Assembly: GCA_965372835.1 (NCBI GenBank)
Contig: CBDVDV010000002.1
Coordinates: 179 to 64,178, forward strand
DNA length: 64,000 nucleotides
Reading direction: 5' to 3'
Origin: an uncultured bacterium
GTDB taxonomy: Bacteria > Planctomycetota > DG-23 > CBDVDV01
This document shows positions 23,123-34,002 of this stretch, piece after piece. A program made the position numbers and the translations under genes. Below the pieces are notes generated by a model. The model had not been told where the DNA came from. It worked only from the letters and a program-made list of their open reading frames with translations, and did not search any database. Position 1 is the first letter of the stretch. Every line of letters begins with the position of its first letter.

Positions 23123-23689
23123 ATGACCGTCTCGAAGATGGCTGCACTGGGCGCGTTGATGCTGGCGTGCATCCTGCTGGTCTGGATGGTGGTGGGCTCC
23201 CGCGAGCCGGCGACCGAGACCCAGGGCGTGGCCGGCGCGGTCAAAGGCGAGACCTACGAGGACGCCGGCCTGGGCTTTGCGTTTGAGTTCCCGGCCGATT
23301 GGGTGAAGACCGATACCCCTCAGTTGGGGGCTGACGCCACCTTTTTGGGCCCCCGACGCAGCGACTTGACCATGAGCCTGGACATCCGCAGCGACGACAC
23401 CCCTACCGCGCTGGGCGTGTATGTGGATCGCTCCATCAAGAAGGTGCTGCCGGAGTACCGAACCGACTTCAGGCTGTTGGAAGAGCCGACCATGATGGAG
23501 GGCACCGTCAGTGCTATGAAGATGGCCTACAGTTATCGCGAGGGAGCGTTCGAGCTGACCAACGTCCAGGCGGTTTACGCGCTGCCGAACCGCAAGATCA
23601 TCCTGAGCTTTTGCCTGCTGAGTGAGCACTACGAAAAACTGAAGCCGGTGGTCGAGAACACCTTTAAGTCCTTCCGGCAGTTGAGGTGA
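23123..23689 (+). CDS. hypothetical secreted/membrane-anchored protein inserted in the S10 operon (possible DcrB/PsbP-like fold)
   Basis: 188 aa. N-terminal TM/signal ([19 protein letters not shown]). AAGGAG RBS. Weak resemblance to DUF1795/DcrB ([10 protein letters not shown]). Confidence 0.55.
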   Translation: MTVSKMAALGALMLACILLVWMVVGSREPATETQGVAGAVKGETYEDAGLGFAFEFPADWVKTDTPQLGADATFLGPRRSDLTMSLDIRSDDTPTALGVYVDRSIKKVLPEYRTDFRLLEEPTMMEGTVSAMKMAYSYREGAFELTNVQAVYALPNRKIILSFCLLSEHYEKLKPVVENTFKSFRQLR

Positions 23690-23705
23690 CGTAGGACGAG
23701 AGCCC

Positions 23706-24545
23706 ATGGCGCTGAAACAGTATAAACCGACCTCAGCCGGTCGCCGGTTCCTGGTCAACGTCGATTCTTCCGACATCACCAGGAAGCGACCGGAGAAGTC
23801 GCTGCTCCGCCCGTTGAAAAAGACGGGCGGCCGGAACTTCCAGGGGATCATCACCCATCACAATCGGGGCGGCGGCCACAAGCGCCGCTACCGGGTGATC
23901 GACTGGCGGCGCGACAAGGACGGTGTGCCGGGACGGGTGGCTTCCATTGAATACGATCCCAACCGGTCGGCCCGTATCGCCCTGCTCCACTACGCTGACG
24001 GCGAGAAACGCTACATCCTGGCGCCCGCGGGGCTGGCTGTGGGTGACACGGTGACCAGCGGCGAGCGGGTGGAGCCCCGTGTGGGTAACGCCATGGAACT
24101 TCGCTACATTCCCCTGGGTATGCCCGTCCACAATGTCGAACTGCAGCCTGGTCGCGGTGGACAGATGGCGCGGGGGGCGGGCACCTCGGCCACGGTCACC
24201 GCCCGGGAGCAGCGCTACGTGCAGGTAACCTTGCCCTCGGGGGAGGTCCGCCGAATCCTCGGTCGCTGCCGGGCCACCATCGGGGAACTCAGCAACCCCG
24301 ACCACAAGAACATCTCCCTGGGCAAGGCCGGCCGCAGCCGCTGGCTGGGCCGACGACCTCATGTCCGGGGAACTGCGAAGAACCCGGTCGACCACCCGAT
24401 GGGTGGTGGCGAGGGCCGGACCAAGGGCGGCCGCCACCCGGTCTCGGCCACGGGCAAGTTGGCCAAGGGAGGCAAAACCCGACCCCGGAACAAGCCTTCC
24501 AACGCCTTTATCGTGAGACGTCGTCGCCGACGACGTCGGCGGTGA
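23706..24545 (+). CDS. rplB: 50S ribosomal protein L2
   Basis: 279 aa L2 with basic C-terminal tail. Confidence 0.97.
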   Translation: MALKQYKPTSAGRRFLVNVDSSDITRKRPEKSLLRPLKKTGGRNFQGIITHHNRGGGHKRRYRVIDWRRDKDGVPGRVASIEYDPNRSARIALLHYADGEKRYILAPAGLAVGDTVTSGERVEPRVGNAMELRYIPLGMPVHNVELQPGRGGQMARGAGTSATVTAREQRYVQVTLPSGEVRRILGRCRATIGELSNPDHKNISLGKAGRSRWLGRRPHVRGTAKNPVDHPMGGGEGRTKGGRHPVSATGKLAKGGKTRPRNKPSNAFIVRRRRRRRRR

Positions 24546-24573
24546 GTTCGCAGAGCCAGAGAAGGAGTCGCTG

Positions 24574-24846
24574 ATGGGGCGCTCGGTCAAGAAGGGTCCC
24601 TACGTGGACGCCAAGTTGCTCAAGAAAGTGGAGCGACAGCGGACCTCGGGCGATCGGGAGCCCATCCGCACCTGGAGTCGGGCTTCCACGGTGACCCCGG
24701 ACTTTGTCAACATGACCTTTTTGGTCCACGACGGGCGCAACTTCCGCCGGGTGTTCATCACCGAGGACATGGTGGGCCATCGGCTGGGGGAGTTCGCCCC
24801 CACGCGCACCTTCCGCGGTCACGCTCGTCAGCGCCGCCGTCCGTGA
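24574..24846 (+). CDS. rpsS: 30S ribosomal protein S19
   Basis: 90 aa S19. Confidence 0.95.
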   Translation: MGRSVKKGPYVDAKLLKKVERQRTSGDREPIRTWSRASTVTPDFVNMTFLVHDGRNFRRVFITEDMVGHRLGEFAPTRTFRGHARQRRRP

Positions 24847-24901
24847 GGTCGAGCGAGAGCCACAGGAGTACGAGCCGACAGTGGCGATAGTGGAGACATC
24901 G

Positions 24902-25246
24902 ATGCGGTTTCGGGCCGTTCACAGGTTTGCGCGGATTTCGCCGACCAAGGTGAGACCGACCATCGACCTCATCCGGGGTAAGCCCGTGGAGGAGGCGCTG
25001 GAGGTCCTGCAGTTCACGCCCACGCGGGCGGCCGGCTTCATCCGCAAGGTGCTCCAGTCGGCCGTGGCCAATGCCGGGCTGGATGCCGACCCCGAAAACC
25101 TGTACGTGGCCGAGGCCCTGGTGGACGGTGGCCCGACGCGCCGGGGGTACCTTCCCCGGGCTCGGGGCCGGGTGGACCGCATCCGCCACCGTACCAGCCA
25201 CATTACCGTGGTGCTCTCGGATGAGCGCCCCACCGAGGAGCAGTAG
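24902..25246 (+). CDS. rplV: 50S ribosomal protein L22
   Basis: ATG 24902 with a GGAGA RBS; the track start GTG 24881 adds 7 non-conserved residues. Confidence 0.9.
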   Translation: MRFRAVHRFARISPTKVRPTIDLIRGKPVEEALEVLQFTPTRAAGFIRKVLQSAVANAGLDADPENLYVAEALVDGGPTRRGYLPRARGRVDRIRHRTSHITVVLSDERPTEEQ

Positions 25247-25256
25247 GGGAGAACCC

Positions 25257-25931
25257 ATGGGACAGAAAGTCAGACCGACCAGCTTCCGGGTCGGTATCAC
25301 CAAGGGATGGCCCTCGCGCTGGCACGCTGACAAGGAGCATTTTGCCGACTTCGTGGTGGGGGATGCGCGGATCCGTCGCTTCATCCAGAAGAACTATCGC
25401 TACGCCGCCATCAGCCAGGTGGAGATCGAGCGCACCAAGGACAGCGTGCACCTCATCCTGCACACGGCCCGCCCGGGCATCGTCATCGGCCGCCGGGGTG
25501 TTGAGGTGGATCGGCTGCGTGGTCGCCTGGAAGAGATCACCGGCGGCCCCATCAAGATCACCATCCAGGAGGTGAGCCGACCCGAACTCAGCGCCCCACT
25601 GCTGGCCCAGAACATCGCCGAGCAGTTGGAGAAGCGGGCGTCGTTCCGCCGAACCATGCGTCGAGCAGCCGAAATGGCCCGGCAGATGGGCGCCCTGGGG
25701 GTGAAGGTGCAGGTGGCCGGTCGGCTGTCGGGTTCGGAGATGGCTCGGCGGGAAACCGTCATCGAAGGCAGCATTCCACTGCACACCCTGGATGCGGACA
25801 TCGACTTCGGCTTCGTCGAGGCCAAGACCAACAACGGACACGTCGGCATCAAGGTGTGGGTGTACCGGGGCATGATAAAGAAGGAGGAGGCGGGCGATGC
25901 CTCTGATGCCCAAACGGGTAAAGTATCGTAA
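25257..25931 (+). CDS. rpsC: 30S ribosomal protein S3
   Basis: [18 protein letters not shown] start, KH domain. Confidence 0.95.
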   Translation: MGQKVRPTSFRVGITKGWPSRWHADKEHFADFVVGDARIRRFIQKNYRYAAISQVEIERTKDSVHLILHTARPGIVIGRRGVEVDRLRGRLEEITGGPIKITIQEVSRPELSAPLLAQNIAEQLEKRASFRRTMRRAAEMARQMGALGVKVQVAGRLSGSEMARRETVIEGSIPLHTLDADIDFGFVEAKTNNGHVGIKVWVYRGMIKKEEAGDASDAQTGKVS

Positions 25932-26316
25932 GAGCCACCGCGGTCGCTTGCGCGGTCGGGCCTCCCGGGGCAACCAGGTCGTCTTCGGCGAGTACGGCCT
26001 CCAGTCCCTGGCGTTGGGTTGGGTGACGGCTCGTCAGATTGAGGCCGGTCGGATCGCGGCGCAGCACTTCCTGGGCTCGGAGGGGAAACTGTGGATCCGC
26101 ATCTTTCCTGACAAGTCGGTGACCGCCAAGCCGGCCGAAGTGCGCATGGGGACGGGCAAGGGCGAGCCCGAGTTCTGGGTGGCTCCGGTAAAGCCCGGGA
26201 CCATCCTCTACGAGATCGGTGGGGCGCCTGAGGAGGTGGCGCGCCGAGCGCTTAACCTCACCTACCACAAGATGCCCGTCCGCTGCCGGTTCGTCGTCCG
26301 GAGGCACAAACTGTGA
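25897..26316 (+). CDS. rplP: 50S ribosomal protein L16
   Basis: 139 aa; AAGGAGGAGG RBS; overlaps the rpsC end. Confidence 0.95.
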   Translation: MPLMPKRVKYRKSHRGRLRGRASRGNQVVFGEYGLQSLALGWVTARQIEAGRIAAQHFLGSEGKLWIRIFPDKSVTAKPAEVRMGTGKGEPEFWVAPVKPGTILYEIGGAPEEVARRALNLTYHKMPVRCRFVVRRHKL

Positions 26317-26546
26317 AGGCGCACGAACTGAGAGAACTGAGCCGCGAGGAACTGGTGACCGAACTGGCCACCCAGCGGGAGGCCCTGTTCCACCTGCGGG
26401 TTCGCGGGGTGAGCGGGGAAGTTGCGGCCGCCAGCGAGTTTGGTCGCATTCGTCGGGATATCGCCCGCATCCTGACCGTGTTGCGCGAGCAGGAGGTGAG
26501 CCTCCCCGCCGAAGCCGCCGACCAAGGAGCCCAGGACAATGGCTGA
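26313..26546 (+). CDS. rpmC: 50S ribosomal protein L29
   Basis: GTG start, 77 aa L29. Confidence 0.9.
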   Translation: MKAHELRELSREELVTELATQREALFHLRVRGVSGEVAAASEFGRIRRDIARILTVLREQEVSLPAEAADQGAQDNG

Positions 26547-26916
26547 GCAACCCCGACGGATCACCGAGGTGGGGGTGGTGACCTCCACCAAGATGCAGAA
26601 GACCATCAAGGTGCGGGTCGGGCGGAGGCGGCTGCACCCACGCTACGGGAAGTACGTGCGCCGGCGAACCGTCTACCTGGCTCACGACGAGAGGGAAGTG
26701 GCCCGGGAGGGCGACCGGGTGGAGATCATCCAGAGCCGGCCACTGAGCAAGCACAAACGCTGGCGGCTCCTGAGGGTGCTGGGAGAGCCGGTCGGCGCCG
26801 GCCCCCTCAAGGCGGAGGCACCGGTGTTGGAGGCACCCACCGGCGAGGCGGAGCGCCCTTCGGCCGATGAGGCCGAGCCGAGTGGTGAGCGCCCGGGCGG
26901 TGCCGAGATTGAGTGA
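26539..26916 (+). CDS. rpsQ: 30S ribosomal protein S17 with Pro/Ala/Glu-rich C-terminal tail
   Basis: S17 core followed by a ~40-aa tail. Confidence 0.93.
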   Translation: MAEQPRRITEVGVVTSTKMQKTIKVRVGRRRLHPRYGKYVRRRTVYLAHDEREVAREGDRVEIIQSRPLSKHKRWRLLRVLGEPVGAGPLKAEAPVLEAPTGEAERPSADEAEPSGERPGGAEIE

Positions 26917-26922
26917 CGAGCA

Positions 26923-27291
26923 ATGATCCAGGCATACACGAAATTGGACGTGGCCGACAATACCGGCGCGCGCATGGTTCGCTGCATCAAGGTGTTGGGA
27001 GGGACCCGTCGGCGTTACGCCCACATCGGTGACATTATCGTGGGGTCGGTTCGTCGAGCCATGCCCGACTCCGAGATCAAACAGGGGGAACTCGTCCGCG
27101 GTGTGGTGGTGCGCAGCAAGCGGCCGGTGCGGCGAATGGACGGTTCCTACGTCCGCTTCGACCACAACGCTATCGTGCTCATCGATGCCACCGGCAACCC
27201 CCGGGGCACCCGTGTCTTCGGAGCCGTGGCCCGGGAATTGCGACAGAAAAACTTTATGAAGATCATCTCCCTGGCCGCCGAGGTGGTCTGA
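26923..27291 (+). CDS. rplN: 50S ribosomal protein L14
   Basis: 122 aa L14. Confidence 0.97.
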   Translation: MIQAYTKLDVADNTGARMVRCIKVLGGTRRRYAHIGDIIVGSVRRAMPDSEIKQGELVRGVVVRSKRPVRRMDGSYVRFDHNAIVLIDATGNPRGTRVFGAVARELRQKNFMKIISLAAEVV

Positions 27292-27310
27292 GTGTGGGAG
27301 TGGTGAGCGT

Positions 27311-27634
27311 ATGAAGCGCATACGCAAGAACGACACCGTGGAGGTGCGCGTCGGTGAAGACGCCGGCAAGCGGGGCCGGGTGCTGCGCGTCTTTACCGGC
27401 GAGAGTCGGGTGGTGGTGGAGGGGGTGAACCTGGTCAGCCGACACGTCCGCCGGAGCGCCCAGTACCCCATGGGGGCGCGGGTCAGGCGGGAGGCCCCGC
27501 TGGCCCTGAGCAACGTCCTGGTGGTTTGCCCGCGGTGTGACCGGGGGGTGCGGGTTGGCTACCAGGGGAGCCAGGGCGAGAAGGCGCGGGTGTGCAAGCG
27601 ATGCGGGGAGACCATCCCCGTGGTGCGGGAGTGA
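27311..27634 (+). CDS. rplX: 50S ribosomal protein L24 with C-terminal CxxC-x17-CxxC zinc-ribbon extension
   Basis: KOW N-terminal domain. Tail CPRCDRGVRVGYQGSQGEKARVCKRCGE. Confidence 0.93.
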   Translation: MKRIRKNDTVEVRVGEDAGKRGRVLRVFTGESRVVVEGVNLVSRHVRRSAQYPMGARVRREAPLALSNVLVVCPRCDRGVRVGYQGSQGEKARVCKRCGETIPVVRE

Positions 27635-27640
27635 CGTTGG

Positions 27641-28240
27641 ATGGTGGCGAAAGAGAGCACGCAGGTCAGCGAAGCCGAGGAGGTGCTACCCCGGCTCATG
27701 CGTCGGTGCCGGGAGGAGATCGTACCGGCGATGGTCGAGCGCTTCGGCTACGGCAACCCCCTGGCTGTGCCCCGGCTGAAGAAGATCGTGGTCAATATGG
27801 GGGTCGGCGGCGCGGTCACCGAGCGTGGCCGCATCGAGCGGGCCGTCGAAGAACTGGGCGTGATTACCGGTCAGAAGCCCATCGTCACCCGGGCCCGCAC
27901 GTCGGTGGCCGGCTTCAAACTGCGCAAAGGCGACCCCATCGGCTGCAAGGTCACCCTGCGGGGCAGACGGATGTATGAGTTCCTGGACCGCCTGCTCAGC
28001 GTGGCCCTGCCCCGGGTCCGCGACTTCCGGGGGCTGCCGGAAACCGCCTTCGACGAGGCCGGCAACTACACGCTGGGCCTCAACGAGCAGAGCGTCTTTC
28101 CCGAGGTGGACCTGGACAAGATGGAGTTCACTCAGGGGATGGACATTACCCTGGTCATTGGTCACTCCTCTGCGGAGGAGTCACGGGAGTTGCTGCGCCT
28201 GATGGGTATGCCTTTCCGCCGCCACGAGGAGGGGCGCTGA
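27641..28240 (+). CDS. rplE: 50S ribosomal protein L5
   Basis: 199 aa L5. Confidence 0.95.
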   Translation: MVAKESTQVSEAEEVLPRLMRRCREEIVPAMVERFGYGNPLAVPRLKKIVVNMGVGGAVTERGRIERAVEELGVITGQKPIVTRARTSVAGFKLRKGDPIGCKVTLRGRRMYEFLDRLLSVALPRVRDFRGLPETAFDEAGNYTLGLNEQSVFPEVDLDKMEFTQGMDITLVIGHSSAEESRELLRLMGMPFRRHEEGR

Positions 28241-28277
28241 AGGAGCCGCCGCCCGGGAGGAAGGTCTGAGTGAGGAC

Positions 28278-28463
28278 ATGACACGCAAAGCGCTCATGGA
28301 AAGGGCCCAGCGGGAAGCCAAGTTCTCCAGCCGGAGCCGCAACCGTTGTCGGCTGTGTGGCCGACCGCGCGGCTACATGCGGAAGTTCGGCGTCTGTCGA
28401 ATCTGTTTCCGCGAGTTAGCCAGTGACGGGCTCATCCCGGGTGTGCGCAAGGCCAGTTGGTAG
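28278..28463 (+). CDS. rpsN: 30S ribosomal protein S14, zinc-binding type Z
   Basis: 61 aa with CRLCGR...CRICFRE. Confidence 0.95.
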   Translation: MTRKALMERAQREAKFSSRSRNRCRLCGRPRGYMRKFGVCRICFRELASDGLIPGVRKASW

Positions 28464-28499
28464 ACCCGTTAGACCGCCGACAGAGGAGTCTGAGCCACT

Positions 28500-28898
28500 A
28501 TGGTAATGACTGACCCCATTGCCGACATGCTGACCCGTATCCGCAACGCCCTGCTGCGTGGCCACCGGACGGTCAACATGCCGGCCAGCAAGATCAAAGA
28601 AGGCCTGCTGGCGGCGCTGAAGCGGGAGGGCTTTGTCGAAGACTACCGTCGCATCGAGTCCGGACCGCAGGGCATACTGCGCGTCTACCTCAAGTGGGGG
28701 CCGCACGGTGAGCGGGTCATCCAGGAAATCAAGCGGGTGAGCAAGCCCGGCCGACGCGTCTACCGAAAGGTAGAGGACATTCGGCCGGTGTTACGAGGCA
28801 TCGGTGTGGCCATCTACTCGACGCCCCAGGGCATCCTCTCGGACCGGGAATGCCGCCAGCGACGGGTGGGCGGAGAGATGCTTTGCACCGTCTGGTAG
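28500..28898 (+). CDS. rpsH: 30S ribosomal protein S8
   Basis: 132 aa S8. Confidence 0.95.
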   Translation: MVMTDPIADMLTRIRNALLRGHRTVNMPASKIKEGLLAALKREGFVEDYRRIESGPQGILRVYLKWGPHGERVIQEIKRVSKPGRRVYRKVEDIRPVLRGIGVAIYSTPQGILSDRECRQRRVGGEMLCTVW

Positions 28899-28910
28899 GA
28901 GGTGGGTCGA

Positions 28911-29483
28911 GTGAGCCGTATCGGCAGAATGCCCGTAAGTTACCCACCGGGCGTAACCGTGGTGGTGAAGGATCAGCGGGTCGAGGTGAGCGGACCCAAG
29001 GGTGAGCTCAGCCTGGAAGTGAACCCCGTCTTGGCCGTGAGCGTGGACGAGGGGCAGCGGATGCTACGGGTGGAGCGGTCCAGAGACCTGAAGTTCCACC
29101 GGGCCATTCACGGCACCACCCGCAGCCTCATCGCCAACATGGTCACCGGTGTCACCGAAGGCTACCAGAAGGTGCTGGAGGTGCACGGTGTAGGCTACCG
29201 GGTCCGGGTGGAGGACGGTGAACTCGTGCTCCAGGTGGGCTACAGTCACCCGGTGAACCTGCCCATCCCCGAGGGCCTGGAGGTGACGGCCGAGCAGGTG
29301 CGTCTGCCGGGCGGAATGGTCCAGGTCATCACCGTCTCGGGCATCGACAAGCAACAGGTGGGGGAGTTCGCCGCCGAGACCCGCCGGGTCAAGCCCCCGG
29401 AGCCGTACCTGGGCAAAGGCATCCGCTACCGGGACGAGCAGATCCGTCGCAAGGCTGGCAAGTCCTTCGTCACCGGCACCTGA
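28911..29483 (+). CDS. rplF: 50S ribosomal protein L6
   Basis: GTG 28911 after an AGGAGG RBS aligns with the canonical MSRI.. L6 start. The track start is GTG 28902. Confidence 0.92.
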   Translation: MSRIGRMPVSYPPGVTVVVKDQRVEVSGPKGELSLEVNPVLAVSVDEGQRMLRVERSRDLKFHRAIHGTTRSLIANMVTGVTEGYQKVLEVHGVGYRVRVEDGELVLQVGYSHPVNLPIPEGLEVTAEQVRLPGGMVQVITVSGIDKQQVGEFAAETRRVKPPEPYLGKGIRYRDEQIRRKAGKSFVTGT

Positions 29484-29518
29484 GGAAGGATTGAGTCCCG
29501 TAGGAACGACAAGGCGTC

Positions 29519-29884
29519 ATGGACAAGCAAGGAAAACAAGCACGGCGACGGCGGCGGCACTGGCGGGTGCGTCGGCAGGTGTTCGGCACACCGGAGCGTC
29601 CGCGGCTCTGTGTCTTCCGCAGCAACAAGCACATTGCCGGTCAGATTATCGACGACACCCAGGGCCGCACCCTGGTGGGGATCAGTTCCCTGTCGCCGGC
29701 CCTGCGCAAGAGCCTGGCTCACGGCGGCAACGTCCAGGCCGCCCAGGCCGTCGGCACCCAGCTGGCCGAACTGGCTCACCAGCGGGGCATCACCAAGGTG
29801 GCCTTTGACCGGGCGGGCTACAAGTACCACGGTCGGGTCAAGGCCCTGGCCGAAGCCGCCCGAGCCAAAGGCCTGGAGTTTTAG
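29519..29884 (+). CDS. rplR: 50S ribosomal protein L18
   Basis: 121 aa L18. Confidence 0.95.
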   Translation: MDKQGKQARRRRRHWRVRRQVFGTPERPRLCVFRSNKHIAGQIIDDTQGRTLVGISSLSPALRKSLAHGGNVQAAQAVGTQLAELAHQRGITKVAFDRAGYKYHGRVKALAEAARAKGLEF

Positions 29885-29896
29885 CCGGACGGGAAT

Positions 29897-30397
29897 GTGG
29901 AGGGCAGTGTGAGCGAGCAGCGCGGTTCAGACGAACTGGTAGAGATCGTTCTCCGCGACGGCATCAAGCGGGTCTCTCGGATGCAGAAGGGCGGCCGGAC
30001 CATGTCCTTCAGCGCCCTGGTCGTGGTCGGTGACCGTCGGGGGCGCGTGGGCCTGGGTTTCGGCAAGGCCCGGGAAGTGCCCATGGCCGTGGAGAAGGCG
30101 AACAAAGAGGCCCGACGAAACCTGGAGCGGGTGTCCCTGGTGGGCACCACCATCCCCCATGAGGTGTGGGGGAAGTACGAGGCGTCCAAGATCTTTCTCA
30201 GTCCGGCGGCTCCCGGCACCGGGGTGATCGCCGGGGCGACAGTGCGGGCGGTCATGCAGGCCGTCGGCATCCGCGACATCCTCACCAAGAGTTTCGGCAG
30301 TAACACCCCCATCAATCTGGCCCGGGCCACCTTCGTGGCCTTGCGCAGCCTGCGCACCAAGGAGCAGGCGGCGACCCTGAGGGGAGTGTCGTTCTGA
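29897..30397 (+). CDS. rpsE: 30S ribosomal protein S5
   Basis: 166 aa S5; GTG start; stop overlaps the rplO start. Confidence 0.93.
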   Translation: MEGSVSEQRGSDELVEIVLRDGIKRVSRMQKGGRTMSFSALVVVGDRRGRVGLGFGKAREVPMAVEKANKEARRNLERVSLVGTTIPHEVWGKYEASKIFLSPAAPGTGVIAGATVRAVMQAVGIRDILTKSFGSNTPINLARATFVALRSLRTKEQAATLRGVSF

Positions 30398-30843
30398 TGA
30401 GACTGAATGACGTCAAACAGGCGGACCTGAGCAGGAAGCGGAAGAAGCGCGTCGGCCGAGGCCCGGGCTCCGGTCACGGCAAGACCAGCGGCCGGGGGCA
30501 GAAGGGGGCGGGAGCCCGCACCGGCTCCGGTGGTAAGAGCCACTTCGAGGGTGGTGGCACCCCGCTGAGTCGTCGCTTTCCCAAGCGCGGGTTCAACAAC
30601 CCCTTCGGCACACGCTACACCGTCATCAATGTGGGCGACCTGGAGGAGCGTTTCGAGTCCGGGGCCGTGGTCACGGTGGAGCGGCTCCTGGAGGCCCGTC
30701 TCATCAGCAAGGTGGGTGACGGGGTAAAGGTGCTGGGCGACGGTGAGTTGACCAAGCCGCTGACGGTCCAGGCCCACAAGTTCAGCCGGTCGGCTGTGGA
30801 GAAGATCCAGGCCGCTGGTGGCTCGGTGCGGGAACTGGCATGA
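30397..30843 (+). CDS. rplO: 50S ribosomal protein L15
   Basis: 148 aa, Gly-rich N-terminus. Directly follows rpsE with no rpmD between. Confidence 0.95.
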   Translation: MRLNDVKQADLSRKRKKRVGRGPGSGHGKTSGRGQKGAGARTGSGGKSHFEGGGTPLSRRFPKRGFNNPFGTRYTVINVGDLEERFESGAVVTVERLLEARLISKVGDGVKVLGDGELTKPLTVQAHKFSRSAVEKIQAAGGSVRELA

Positions 30844-32162
30844 TCGATGCATTCATCAACATCTTTCGCATCCGGGAACTCCGCCGGGGGCTGCTGATTA
30901 CCCTGGGCATCCTGGCCATCTACCGAGTAGGCATGGTCATCCCGGTCCCCGGGGTGGAGATGGGGCTGCTGGACGTCTACTTGGAGAGGATGCGGCAGGG
31001 GCCTCTGGGACAGGTCCTCAACCTGGTCAACCTGCTGTCGGGGGCCAGTTGGATGCGACTGAGCGTCTTCAGCCTGGGCATTATGCCTTACATCAGCGCC
31101 ACCATCATTTTCCAGTTGCTGCTGACGGTCAGTCCCACGCTGGAAAGGCTGCACAAGGAGGGGGAAAGCGGGCGACGGAAGATTCGACAGTACGAGCGTC
31201 TGGCCACGGTGGCCATCTGTTTCTTGCAAGGCACCATGGTGGTGTCTCTGTTCTTGAAGAACATGCCCGAACATCATCGCTCCATGAGCTTCTTCCTGGG
31301 CGCGGTGCTCACCATGACCGCCGGGGGAGTCTTCCTGATGTGGCTGGGCGACCAGATCACGGCCTTCGGCGTGGGCAACGGCATCAGCCTGATCATCATG
31401 GCCGGGATTGTGGGCCGCCTGCCCGAAGCCGGCTATGACATCTTTATGAAGTGGAAGGTGGGGAACCTGGAGCCGATAACCATCGGCTTGCTGGCTGCGG
31501 GGTTCGTCGCCGCCGTCTTCGCCATCATCATGGTGACGCAGGGCCAGCGGCGGATTCCGATGCAGCAGGCCAAGCACGTACGCGGTCGGCGGGTCTACGG
31601 CGGGCAGCGTCAGTATCTGCCCATCAGTGTCAATGCGCCGGGGGTGATTCCCATCATCTTCGCTTCGTCGTTGCTCATCATGCTGTCCCAGGTGCTCAGG
31701 GCCTTGGGGGGTCTTTGGGAGCCCATCGGCGATTTCGGTGCGAGGCTCTCCTTCAGCGGCCAGTTTCCGGCGGTCATGGCCTATGCGGCCCTGATCTTCT
31801 TCTTCTGTTTCTTCTGGACCAAGGTACAGTTCCGGCCTGGGGAGATCGCCGACAACCTCAAGGAGTACGGCAGTTTCGTGCCCGGCTACCGACCCGGACG
31901 ACGAACCGCTGAGTTCCTCGAGCATGCCATCGACCGGATCACGCTGGTCGGGGCGTCGTTCCTGGTCATCGTGGCCGTGACCCCACAGTTGATGTCCCGG
32001 TTTGTTGGTCTGGGAGCCGCCGCTGGCTGGTTTGGGGGCACGGGCATCCTCATCGTGGTCGGTGTGTCACTCGACCTGATCCAGCGGATGGAGATGCAAC
32101 TGGTGACCCGTCACTACCGGGGCTTTCTGGGAGCCGCCGGCCGGGTGAGGGGACGGCGATGA
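30840..32162 (+). CDS. secY: preprotein translocase subunit SecY
   Basis: 440 aa, 10 TM; overlaps rplO and adk. Confidence 0.97.
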   Translation: MIDAFINIFRIRELRRGLLITLGILAIYRVGMVIPVPGVEMGLLDVYLERMRQGPLGQVLNLVNLLSGASWMRLSVFSLGIMPYISATIIFQLLLTVSPTLERLHKEGESGRRKIRQYERLATVAICFLQGTMVVSLFLKNMPEHHRSMSFFLGAVLTMTAGGVFLMWLGDQITAFGVGNGISLIIMAGIVGRLPEAGYDIFMKWKVGNLEPITIGLLAAGFVAAVFAIIMVTQGQRRIPMQQAKHVRGRRVYGGQRQYLPISVNAPGVIPIIFASSLLIMLSQVLRALGGLWEPIGDFGARLSFSGQFPAVMAYAALIFFFCFFWTKVQFRPGEIADNLKEYGSFVPGYRPGRRTAEFLEHAIDRITLVGASFLVIVAVTPQLMSRFVGLGAAAGWFGGTGILIVVGVSLDLIQRMEMQLVTRHYRGFLGAAGRVRGRR

Positions 32163-32812
32163 GGATGGTGTTCCTCGGTCCTCCGGGAGCCGGTAAAGGC
32201 ACGCAGGCCGTTCATCTGGCTGAGGAGCGGGCCCTGCCCCACATCTCCACCGGTGACATACTGCGGTCGGCGGGGGCCAGCGGAACACCCCTGGGGAAAC
32301 AGGTGCGAGGCTACATGGAGGCCGGAGAACTGGTGCCCGATGAGGTGATGAATGCGGTGGTCGAGGAGCACCTGGACCGGTGCGACTGCGCTCCGGGGTT
32401 CATCCTCGACGGCTTTCCCCGCACCAAACCCCAGGCCGAGGCCCTGCACCGGATGCTCAGCAACCAGGGCAGGGACCTGGACGCGGTGCTCTACGTGGAT
32501 GTGCCTCGGGAGGAACTCCTTCGCCGACTTTCCGGCCGCCGCCTCTGTTCGGACTGCGGAGCCAACCTGCACGTGGATAACTTGCCGCAGGGCGGCGCTG
32601 AGCGGTGCCCCACCTGTGGTGCCCAGGTCGTGCAGCGGAGTGACGACCGCCCCGAGACGGTGGCCAACCGACTGGAAGTCTACCACAGGACCACGGGCAC
32701 ACTGGTGAGTTATTACCAGGAGCGGGGCCTGCTGCGCCGAGTGGACGGGCTGGGCACCCCGCAAGAGGTGTACCGGCGTATCCTGGCCGTCCTGGCAGAG
32801 GAGGTCGGGTGA
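32159..32812 (+). CDS. adk: adenylate kinase (zinc-lid type)
   Basis: GPPGAGKGT P-loop; lid CSDCGANLH...CPTCG. Confidence 0.95.
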   Translation: MRMVFLGPPGAGKGTQAVHLAEERALPHISTGDILRSAGASGTPLGKQVRGYMEAGELVPDEVMNAVVEEHLDRCDCAPGFILDGFPRTKPQAEALHRMLSNQGRDLDAVLYVDVPREELLRRLSGRRLCSDCGANLHVDNLPQGGAERCPTCGAQVVQRSDDRPETVANRLEVYHRTTGTLVSYYQERGLLRRVDGLGTPQEVYRRILAVLAEEVG

Positions 32813-32829
32813 GCCCGGGGTGCGCGCAG

Positions 32830-33639
32830 ATGGTGGAGTTGAAATCGGAGCGAGAGTTGGAGCGGATGCGGGCCGCCGGTCGGCTGGTGGCTGAGGCCCT
32901 GGGCCAACTTCGGGACCTGGCCCGCCCCGGCGTCCGCACCCGGGAGTTGGAAGCGGCTTTTGAGGAGTTGCTCCGAGAGCGAGGGGCGGAGCCGGCGTTC
33001 AAAGGGTACCGGGGGTACCCGGGCAGCATCTGTACCTCAGTCAACGAAGAGGTGGTCCACGGGATTCCGGGGGCCCGGCGCCTGGCTGAGGGTGATCTTC
33101 TGAGCCTGGACGTGGGGGTCCGACTGGACGGCTACTACGGAGACGCGGCGCTGACCGTGCCGGTGGCCCGGGTCGGCCGGGCGGCCCGCCGGCTGTTGGC
33201 CGCGGGGAAGCGGGCTCTGGAAGCGGCCATCGCCGAGATGCAGCCGGGGCGTCGGCTGCGTGACGTCTCTGCTGCCATTGAGCGGACGGCTAAGTGCGAA
33301 GGCTTCTCGGTGGTCCGCCAGTTTGTCGGCCACGGTATCGGCAGGCGGATGCACGAGGACCCACAGGTGCCGAACTTTGTGGACGACGGCTCGGAGTTCG
33401 AGTTGGACCTGGTGCTTCGGCCGGGACTGGTGCTGGCGTTGGAGCCGATGGTGAACGCGGGTGCCTGGGAGGTGGAAGTTCTCGGTGACGGCTGGACGGT
33501 GGTTACCAAAGACCGTCGGCTGAGTGTACACTTTGAGCACACGGTGGCGGTGACCGAGAACGGACCCCAGGTGCTGACCTGCCCGCCCGACCGGCAGGGA
33601 AGAGGTGAGGATGCCCAAAGAAGAAGCCATCCGGACTGA
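32830..33639 (+). CDS. map: methionine aminopeptidase type I
   Basis: ATG 32830 ([17 protein letters not shown]) preferred over GTG 32809, which overlaps adk. C-terminal ~20-aa extension overlaps infA by 29 nt. Confidence 0.9.
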   Translation: MVELKSERELERMRAAGRLVAEALGQLRDLARPGVRTRELEAAFEELLRERGAEPAFKGYRGYPGSICTSVNEEVVHGIPGARRLAEGDLLSLDVGVRLDGYYGDAALTVPVARVGRAARRLLAAGKRALEAAIAEMQPGRRLRDVSAAIERTAKCEGFSVVRQFVGHGIGRRMHEDPQVPNFVDDGSEFELDLVLRPGLVLALEPMVNAGAWEVEVLGDGWTVVTKDRRLSVHFEHTVAVTENGPQVLTCPPDRQGRGEDAQRRSHPD

Positions 33640-33826
33640 GGGAACGGTGAAGGAGGCGCTGCCCAATGCCCAGTTCCGGGTGGAACTGGACAACGGGATG
33701 CGGGTGCTGGCCCATGCCTCGGGGAAGATCCGGATGAGGTACTTCCGCATCGTTCCTGGAGACCGGGTGCGGCTGGAACTGTCTCCTTACGACCTCACCC
33801 GCGGGCGTATCGTGTACCGACTGTGA
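33611..33826 (+). CDS. infA: translation initiation factor IF-1
   Basis: [29 protein letters not shown].. S1-like fold; ATG 33611 with a GAGGTGAGG RBS. Confidence 0.93.
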   Translation: MPKEEAIRTEGTVKEALPNAQFRVELDNGMRVLAHASGKIRMRYFRIVPGDRVRLELSPYDLTRGRIVYRL

Positions 33827-33864
33827 CGACAGCCGACCGAGAGAGACGTAAAGTGGGGTGAACG

Positions 33865-33981
33865 GTGAAGGTACGACCGAGTGTCAAACGGATGTGTGAA
33901 CGGTGCAAGGTGATCCGCCGAAAAGGCGTGGTGCGGATCATCTGCACCAATCCGCGCCATAAGCAGCGCCAGGGCAAGTAG
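33865..33981 (+). CDS. rpmJ: 50S ribosomal protein L36 (zinc type)
   Basis: 38-aa ORF not in the track: (M)[37 protein letters not shown]; GTG start. Confidence 0.85.
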   Translation: MKVRPSVKRMCERCKVIRRKGVVRIICTNPRHKQRQGK

Positions 33982-34002
33982 CCCGAGAAAAGGAGCACCG
34001 CC

